Source of the DNA: an uncultured Pseudomonadota bacterium | GTDB taxonomy: Bacteria > Pseudomonadota > Alphaproteobacteria > Rs-D84 | NCBI GenBank assembly: GCA_949283535.1 | Contig: CASDTC010000003.1 | Location: 2,052 to 66,051, forward strand | Length of the DNA stretch: 64,000 nt | Direction of reading: 5' to 3' | Shown: piece by piece, positions 57,812 through 64,000 of the stretch | How the letters are laid out: each line of letters opens with the position of its first letter | Position numbering within the stretch: position 1 is the first letter of the stretch | Position numbers and translations under genes: made by a program | The notes under the pieces: generated by a model | What the model saw: the letters and a program-made list of their open reading frames with translations, nothing else | The model's database searches: none | What the model was told of the DNA's origin: nothing

Positions 57812-58192
57812 TTAACTGGCGCGTAATAAATATCCGCGTCGGAACATGCATTTACGATATGAACCAACTGATTTTGATGTTGTATTACGCGGTACAGATA
57901 ATAATGCGCGTTGACCAACATCCCTGTATTCGTTCGACTGGAATGTTACCCACAGTCCGTCCCAATCTGGCATAATGCTGCTTTGGTTCGGGGACAACAG
58001 TTTTGAAATACGCGAACGCGGCATATATGATGGCTTGTCAATACCCAGGCATGCCTTGTGATCACGGACAAACTGTTCCATTGTTACGGATTCGTTTTCC
58101 CAGTTTAATATTGTCGCGTCATCAATACTGCCCCGATTTACGGACGCGCATGCAGTTAGTGCTAGTATTAGAGGCAGGTATTTAATTCTCAT
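57812..58192 (-). CDS. lipoprotein (126 aa)
   Basis: It has a signal peptide with lipobox LTAC. Confidence 0.55.
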   Translation of the reverse strand: MRIKYLPLILALTACASVNRGSIDDATILNWENESVTMEQFVRDHKACLGIDKPSYMPRSRISKLLSPNQSSIMPDWDGLWVTFQSNEYRDVGQRALLSVPRNTTSKSVGSYRKCMFRRGYLLRAS

Positions 58193-58256
58193 ACTTTATA
58201 TTATAATTTAATTGCCTTATGGGGGCAATAGTTTTTATAATAGGTAAAAAGGGGCA

Positions 58257-58595
58257 ATGGACAGAGACATGGCATTAACAGTTCAAAACTTTATAAAGTT
58301 GGCAAACTTTTATAACCAAATGGTTATGATGATGTCGGCAATTTGTGTGCAAAAGGGCGGTATCGCAACAGAAAATTATGCTGGGCGTTTCTTTGTGGCT
58401 GATACATTGGAATTTGTTTATGAATATGGGCGCAGGTTGTTGGAAAAAAACAAGGCGGCGGTGCCATCTGATGTTGCCGCGGTAATTGAAAAATTTCGCG
58501 AACAATATGAACGGGTCAAGGATTTAACAACGCCGACACAAAAACCAATATACGAAATGACACTGGAAGAATTTGAACGCGTTATGAATATTTGA
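58257..58595 (+). CDS. hypothetical protein (112 aa) upstream of the secretin-like gene
   Basis: An AAAAGGGG RBS precedes the ATG. No family was recognised. Confidence 0.4.
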   Translation: MDRDMALTVQNFIKLANFYNQMVMMMSAICVQKGGIATENYAGRFFVADTLEFVYEYGRRLLEKNKAAVPSDVAAVIEKFREQYERVKDLTTPTQKPIYEMTLEEFERVMNI

Positions 58596-58618
58596 TAAAA
58601 TCATGGTAAGGGGAAAAT

Positions 58619-59959
58619 ATGAATAAATTTAAAATATTTTTTGTATTAATGTTGGCAATCGTGGTCGCAGGTTGCGCCGCACGTCAACAAGAAGAACAGG
58701 TTCCCCAATACGATACGATAAATGTTGTTGAAAATTTTGTGATTGATGAAAATTCTGTGCCAATTTTTCCAAAGAAAGCCGCGCTGACAACAGATACTGC
58801 CCAGCGTTTTTCAATTGATTTACCAAAACGATGCACGGTTGATTGGGATAATCAAAATGTTGTGTCGGTTGTTCCCCAGGAAAAAATAGAAATGGTGCGT
58901 TTGGGGGTTGGTGATGAATTGCCAAATGATTTAAAGGTTTCTGATTATGAATTCAAGGAATTAAGTGTTAAAGAGGCATTGGATAAATTACTGGATGGTA
59001 CGGATATATCGGTGGTCGAAGATGAAGATTTAACAGAAACTATTTCTGGGACAATTACATCGGGGACGCTGTCGGATACGGTTGAACTGATTTCAAAAAT
59101 TGGACGCGCGTATTATTCGTATGATGCAATAAATGCAGAAATTCATTTGAAAAATCGTGCAAAGTGGATGATAAAAATGCCGTATGATGAAAATATTATA
59201 ATGGCATTGTTGGACGCGTTGCATGGTGCGGATATGCGAAATTTAATTGTTGATTGGCAAGACAAGACAATCGTTTTCGAAGGTAATTACCAAACAGAAC
59301 GCGAAGTCGCAAAAATTATTTCTGAATTTGCATCAAAGAAATATTTGTTGGCATGGGATATCGATGTATATCGTGTGTATCCGCGTACTGACAATCCAAT
59401 TATTTGGATGAATTTATTACCGGCGTTCGGGGACAAGAATGTGAAAATGTCTGTGCCGGGTGTTGTTGGTCGTGCGTTGGTGGTCAGTCCAGAAATAAAT
59501 ACAAAAACACTGCAAGAATTTTTATCACAACAGGCAAATGTTGTTCTGATTTCCCAGGGACGCTTTGTTATCCCAAACGGTTGGCAATCACGATTTGATA
59601 TTGGTCAATGCAGTAAAGAAGATAGATTAGAGACAGACTTAATAATCGGTGCAACGGGTACATATGGTGATTATGGTGGTACAAACAAGATTGATTCAAA
59701 AATTGTATTACGAACCAGCAATGGTGAATTGTCGTCATTTAACATCCCATCCAGTGTTGGGGATAACTATGTAATTATTGGTATTCCGACACATTCATTT
59801 GTTACAACCCCAGAAACATTAATCAGCCCGTTTGCGGAATTGGTTGTATTTATGTCGCCGCGTTTAATATCGATTATTGATACGCCTGATGCAAAAAATG
59901 TTACACCAGAACAACTGGTTGGTGATGCATTGCGTGCGTATTTAAGTGAAGAACAGTAA
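58619..59959 (+). CDS. lipoprotein secretin-like outer-membrane protein (type IVb PilN/BfpB-like)
   Basis: It has lipobox VAGC and an N-terminal secretin/STN-like segment (LSVKEALDKLLDGTDISVV). The C-terminal region has secretin-like strands and ends in ..FAELVVFMSPRLI (compare e.lifitP.i.). Confidence 0.45.
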   Translation: MNKFKIFFVLMLAIVVAGCAARQQEEQVPQYDTINVVENFVIDENSVPIFPKKAALTTDTAQRFSIDLPKRCTVDWDNQNVVSVVPQEKIEMVRLGVGDELPNDLKVSDYEFKELSVKEALDKLLDGTDISVVEDEDLTETISGTITSGTLSDTVELISKIGRAYYSYDAINAEIHLKNRAKWMIKMPYDENIIMALLDALHGADMRNLIVDWQDKTIVFEGNYQTEREVAKIISEFASKKYLLAWDIDVYRVYPRTDNPIIWMNLLPAFGDKNVKMSVPGVVGRALVVSPEINTKTLQEFLSQQANVVLISQGRFVIPNGWQSRFDIGQCSKEDRLETDLIIGATGTYGDYGGTNKIDSKIVLRTSNGELSSFNIPSSVGDNYVIIGIPTHSFVTTPETLISPFAELVVFMSPRLISIIDTPDAKNVTPEQLVGDALRAYLSEEQ

Positions 59960-59971
59960 AGGTATAAAATA

Positions 59972-61228
59972 ATGTTGTTTTCAAGACTGGAACGCAAAAT
60001 CGCATTTAGATATCTGGGCGCGAAAAAACGCGGATTTGGTTCCGTTATATCATGGGTGTCACTGATTGGTATTACACTGGGGGTGGCAACATTGATTGTT
60101 GTTATGTCTGTTATGGGTGGCTTTCATGATACATTATTGTCGCGTATTGTTGGCATGAATGGGCATGTTGTTGTATATCACCAAGATGGTGCAATCAAAG
60201 ATTATGATTTCTTGATTGATAAAATGAAACAAAACAAAATTGTTGCTGCAAACGCAACAGGAATCGTTCCAATTGCCGAAGGGCAGGTTATGGCAATGGC
60301 AAATGGAAACAATACTGGCGCAATGATACGCGGAATTCGTATGTCTGATTTGGCAGCCAAGGTTGAAAATGGAACGCGTATTTATGGCAAACCATTGGAT
60401 CAAATTCGTGATGGGGAATTGGTTGCAGGGGCATCGTTGACGCGTGCATTGCGTGTTGGAATGGGTGATAATATTTCATTGGCATCGGCAAATACATCAA
60501 CACCAACGCCGTTTGGTTCAATGCCGCGTATAATGGCGTATCCGGTTATGTCATCTTTCTTTATGGGAATGTATGAATATGATTCTGGGTATATATTTAT
60601 GCCGCTGGAAACCGCACAAAAATATTTAAATATTCCAGATGCCGTAACCCATATCGATTTGTTCTTGCGCAATCCCGAAGATACAATTGCGGTGCGTGAT
60701 GCGTTGGCAAATCTGTTGCCAGACGGGTTCGTTGTGCGTGATTGGCGCGATTTAAATCGTGGGTTTGTTGGCGCATTACAGGTTGAATCCAATGTTATGT
60801 TTTTAATATTATTATTAATCGTTATTGTTGCGGCGTTTAATATTGTGTCCAGTTTGGTTATGTTGGTCAAAGATAAATCCAAGGATATTGCTGTATTACG
60901 AACATTTGGTGTATCGCGCCGGTCAATGATGAAAATATTTATTTTGTCGGGAACCAGTATTGGTGTATTGGGGGCGTTTTTTGGAACTGTATTCGGTGTG
61001 CTGATTGCAATATATATCGAACCAATACGGCAATTCTTTCAATGGGCAACAGGACGCGATTTATTCCCGGCGGAATTATATTATTTGTCGGAATTGCCGT
61101 CTAAATTGGTTTTCAGTGATGTTGTTGGAATTGCGTTGATTGCGATTGTTTTGGCATTTTTGGCAACGCTGTATCCCGCATGGAAGGCGGCAAGTACAGA
61201 CCCAGTTGAAGTTTTAAGAAATGAATAA
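59972..61228 (+). CDS. lolC: lipoprotein-releasing system permease LolC/LolE
   Basis: It begins FRYL..KKRGF.S.ISWVSLIGITLGVA and has the MacB-type periplasmic domain and a C-terminal FtsX 3-TM bundle. Confidence 0.85.
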   Translation: MLFSRLERKIAFRYLGAKKRGFGSVISWVSLIGITLGVATLIVVMSVMGGFHDTLLSRIVGMNGHVVVYHQDGAIKDYDFLIDKMKQNKIVAANATGIVPIAEGQVMAMANGNNTGAMIRGIRMSDLAAKVENGTRIYGKPLDQIRDGELVAGASLTRALRVGMGDNISLASANTSTPTPFGSMPRIMAYPVMSSFFMGMYEYDSGYIFMPLETAQKYLNIPDAVTHIDLFLRNPEDTIAVRDALANLLPDGFVVRDWRDLNRGFVGALQVESNVMFLILLLIVIVAAFNIVSSLVMLVKDKSKDIAVLRTFGVSRRSMMKIFILSGTSIGVLGAFFGTVFGVLIAIYIEPIRQFFQWATGRDLFPAELYYLSELPSKLVFSDVVGIALIAIVLAFLATLYPAWKAASTDPVEVLRNE

Positions 61229-61240
61229 AGGAATCGCGTA

Positions 61241-61951
61241 ATGGCAAATATTTTAAATTCGTTGTCTAAGATTCAAAAAGGTGATGTCGTCCTGTCTGTG
61301 CGCGATATCAAAAAAACTTTTATGGAAGGGGGACAGCCATTACATATTTTGCGTGGCGGTGGTTTTGATTTACATCGCGGTGAAATTATTGCGCTGGTTG
61401 GACCATCGGGCAGTGGTAAATCAACGCTGTTGCAATGTGTTGGATTGTTGGATAAACCAACCAGTGGCAGTATTTTATTAACAGGTGTCCCAGTGCAAAA
61501 AATGGATGATGAAATGCGCACGATGATGCGGCGGCGTAAAATTGGATTTGTGTATCAGCGGCATAACTTATTATCTGATTTTACTGCGGTGGAAAATGTT
61601 GCATTGCCAATGATGGCAAATGGTGTTGATGAACGAACCGCAATGGCGCGCGCAATGAAATTATTACGCGCGGCAAATGTTGCACATCGTGCATCACATC
61701 TGCCGGGGGAAATGTCGGGGGGTGAACAACAGCGTACCGCAGTTGCACGTGCGTTGGCAAATAATCCAGAAATTTTGCTGGCAGATGAACCAACCGGCAG
61801 TCTGGATCCCGCGCATGCGGCATCTGTGTTTGAATTGTTATTGGATTTAGCGCGAAAAAATAAAATGGCAATGCTGTTTGTAACACATGATATGAATTTA
61901 GCATCACGGGCAGATAAAAAGATTTCAATTTGTGATGGAATTGTGGAATAA
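61241..61951 (+). CDS. lolD: lipoprotein-releasing system ATP-binding protein LolD
   Basis: It has Walker A (GPSGSGKST), the signature MSGGEQQR and Walker B (LLADEPT). Confidence 0.88.
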   Translation: MANILNSLSKIQKGDVVLSVRDIKKTFMEGGQPLHILRGGGFDLHRGEIIALVGPSGSGKSTLLQCVGLLDKPTSGSILLTGVPVQKMDDEMRTMMRRRKIGFVYQRHNLLSDFTAVENVALPMMANGVDERTAMARAMKLLRAANVAHRASHLPGEMSGGEQQRTAVARALANNPEILLADEPTGSLDPAHAASVFELLLDLARKNKMAMLFVTHDMNLASRADKKISICDGIVE

Positions 61952-61973
61952 TATGAAAAAATGGGGAGGGATC

Positions 61974-62708
61974 ATGAAAAAAACAACGGCAAAAACAAGT
62001 AAAGTAAATAATAAAAATGCATCTGGTAAAAATTCTGCGGCGGTAAATTGTCCGATTAATTGTTGCAGCACATCACATAAGATATGGAGTGCCATTGCAT
62101 TAGCAGGGTTGTTCGCATGTGGTTTAATATTGGGATTGTCATACAGCGCACGTGATGTTAATCCGGCAGCAATCAGTGCAGAGCAGTGTGATGCAATTGC
62201 AAATGAAATTGTAAAAATTACCACAGATGGTGCAACGGCTGAAAATATAGATTCTTTGAATGAATTAAATATGGTGTATTCAAATGGTTGTGCCGGGCGA
62301 TTGGTTATAATTGAACGACCGGTGGCGTCTGCGCCCAGTGAAAAACATCCGGAAATTATGTCGACATGTATGCGTATAGAAAAATTGTTGATACAGCGAC
62401 TGTATCCAGAAGACAGTCCAGAATACTGGAAACATTTGCAGAATGCCGATACATACAGTTCTTTGGCAGATCGTGGGTGTGCAGAAAATGCAGATATGTA
62501 TAAAACATTGGCGTTGCGTGAACTGGAAATTTCATCGGCATTGCAACCCGAAGAAAATATGGGTGAAAATGACGCAGAAATTGTTATTGATACTTTTAAA
62601 AAATTAGATATGCAACAGGAAGCAAAAGAATTTTTAGATAAAATGGAACGGCTGATTGACCCAGCAACAGATTTTATCTTGCAAATGGAACAAATAATAA
62701 ATGAATAA
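61974..62708 (+). CDS. membrane-anchored protein built from two-cysteine repeat modules (paralog 1)
   Basis: The start was set at the ATG after a GGGGAGGG RBS. It has one TM (IALAGLFACGLILGL) and carries the segment YSSLADRGCAENADMYKTLALRE, shared with paralog 3. Confidence 0.5.
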   Translation: MKKTTAKTSKVNNKNASGKNSAAVNCPINCCSTSHKIWSAIALAGLFACGLILGLSYSARDVNPAAISAEQCDAIANEIVKITTDGATAENIDSLNELNMVYSNGCAGRLVIIERPVASAPSEKHPEIMSTCMRIEKLLIQRLYPEDSPEYWKHLQNADTYSSLADRGCAENADMYKTLALRELEISSALQPEENMGENDAEIVIDTFKKLDMQQEAKEFLDKMERLIDPATDFILQMEQIINE

Positions 62709-63381
62709 AAATATAAAAAATATCTTTGTTGGTATAATGTGCGCGATGTTTATTGTACCAGTGTTTGGTGCAGATGTATCGGTTGCAGAACGCATGGATT
62801 GCAGCGCATTGAGTACGCGTATCGGTGAATTGGTGGCAATTGAAAATCCAGATGACGCCACCGCAACAGAATTGGCGCAATTACAGGCGCAATATCGCAG
62901 TAATTGCGCGCGGTCATCTGGGGGACGACCGGCATCGGGGCGGGTGTCAACAATGTCGGTTGTTGCAACATCTGCTGATACAACACCAATTGCAGTGCCG
63001 GTTGCAACAGTAATAACGGCGTACAGTGCGTTGACAGATTATTTAACCGCGCGGCGCAGTTTATGTGATGATTTGTCCGCGGATATTACAACACTGAAAA
63101 ACAGTGGTACATCAGACGATGAATTAAAGCCACTGCAAAATCAATATGATGCAGATTGTACGGATATTGATAAATCAGCCGTTGTTATTGATGAACAAAC
63201 GGCGGCGGAAAATATGGCGGCGGGTTTATGCCCAGACGGCAGTAAACCGAATAAATTTGGTTGCTGTGATGGGGAAACATTTAAAGATATGGGGAATTTA
63301 GTTTTTCAATGCTGCCCAGATGATGGGGATGGTGAATGTCATGAACCAATAACAGATGGAAATGCATTGTTGTATAAATAA
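62701..63381 (+). CDS. secreted cysteine-rich protein (paralog 2)
   Basis: It has a signal peptide (..VPVFG/ADV) and repeated C-x(33-37)-C modules (CSALSTRIGEL...YRSNC; CDDLSADITTL...YDADC). The C-terminus has a Cys cluster. Confidence 0.5.
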   Translation: MNKNIKNIFVGIMCAMFIVPVFGADVSVAERMDCSALSTRIGELVAIENPDDATATELAQLQAQYRSNCARSSGGRPASGRVSTMSVVATSADTTPIAVPVATVITAYSALTDYLTARRSLCDDLSADITTLKNSGTSDDELKPLQNQYDADCTDIDKSAVVIDEQTAAENMAAGLCPDGSKPNKFGCCDGETFKDMGNLVFQCCPDDGDGECHEPITDGNALLYK

Positions 63382-63401
63382 TAAAAATGGAGGGCAAAAT
63401 A

Positions 63402-64000
63402 ATGAAAGAAAAAACAAACGGTGCTTTGCATACGGAAAAAGTAAAGCATACTCGTAGGATTCGACTGTGGTTTGTGTTGGTTGTGTTGGTTCTGTGTGGG
63501 GCAGTGGCATGGGTGCTGTATGATGGTGGAATAATTGGTGGAAAAAACGCACCAGTTGCGGTGGAATCTGTGTCAGAACAGATTAATGAAAATGTCGTAT
63601 CAGAAACAAATGATGTACAGTCAGAAAATGTCGCCCAGAAATCGGAAAGTGCAGATTCTGAAATTCGTCCGGCATGTGCAGTTGTTGAAGATATTTTATT
63701 GGAGAGTATTGTAAGTGATAAAAATACAGACTGGACTGATCAAGAACAAAGTGCGGAAATATATACCGTTTTGTCACAACGCGGTTGTCCAGAAAATGCA
63801 CAATTGTTTAAAGATTTGGCGGCACGCAAACAGGTGATTGCAGATGGTTTGCGTGCAGCATATGGGAATGATTACAGAGAAATGACATCGATTGAATATC
63901 TGTATTCAGATGAAAAAATATGTGAAACGATTGAAAATCGTGTTATGAAAAATATTAATACAAACGCGTATACATATTCTGAATTTTTGAAGAATGCAAA
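63402..64000 (+). CDS. membrane-anchored two-cysteine-repeat protein (paralog 3), 3' end outside window
   Basis: The ATG follows an ATGGAGGG RBS and the frame is open to the window end, so it is absent from the track. It has one TM (LWFVLVVLVLCGAVAWVL) and the segment YTVLSQRGCPENAQLFKDLAARK. Confidence 0.55.
   Translation, partial: MKEKTNGALHTEKVKHTRRIRLWFVLVVLVLCGAVAWVLYDGGIIGGKNAPVAVESVSEQINENVVSETNDVQSENVAQKSESADSEIRPACAVVEDILLESIVSDKNTDWTDQEQSAEIYTVLSQRGCPENAQLFKDLAARKQVIADGLRAAYGNDYREMTSIEYLYSDEKICETIENRVMKNINTNAYTYSEFLKNA

Overview
This is a 64-kb chromosomal window from an AT-rich diderm bacterium, shown by the LPS, Lol and AsmA genes. The L36 type, the virB genes and the gene order suggest an alphaproteobacterial, possibly host-associated lineage; that is inference only. 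Most of the window is tightly packed housekeeping. It holds ileS (partial), nth, pheS-pheT, rpmI-rplT and a translationally coupled mreC-mreD-mrdA-rodA-topA-dnaG block. It also holds ychF, an rpmJ gene missing from the ORF track, an ABC-F ATPase, DUF374-lpxK-lpxC and gyrB. Further genes are ung, a PagL-like deacylase, a GT8 glycosyltransferase, aspS, asmA, uvrB, tsaE, ftsQ with an ftsA-like::rpe fusion, and lolC/E-lolD. There are three tRNAs: fMet-CAT, Met/Ile2-CAT and Thr-GGT. Accessory content comes in five parts. (1) A roughly 7.5-kb AT-rich island sits immediately 3' of tRNA-Thr. It opens with a large serine recombinase whose stop codon lies inside the tRNA. It carries a MerR/excisionase-like HTH protein, an autotransporter-like OMP behind an attenuator-type leader, an AbiTii-like gene pair and a DUF6932-type nucleotidyltransferase gene pair. 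The two gene pairs are candidate uncharacterised defence or TA modules. (2) A type IVb-pilus-like machinery is split into two loci, a pilO-P-Q-R-like block and a remote lipoprotein secretin, with no pilin in the window. (3) An isolated virB3-virB4 pair sits behind a 7-copy 9-bp motif array. (4) A four-way-junction leader RNA with terminator/antiterminator logic lies upstream of the GT8 gene. (5) tRNA 3'-end and T-arm derived repeat scars lie next to two tRNAs. No CRISPR array, rRNA or IS transposase was seen. All functional calls rest on motif recognition by eye; no database search was run.
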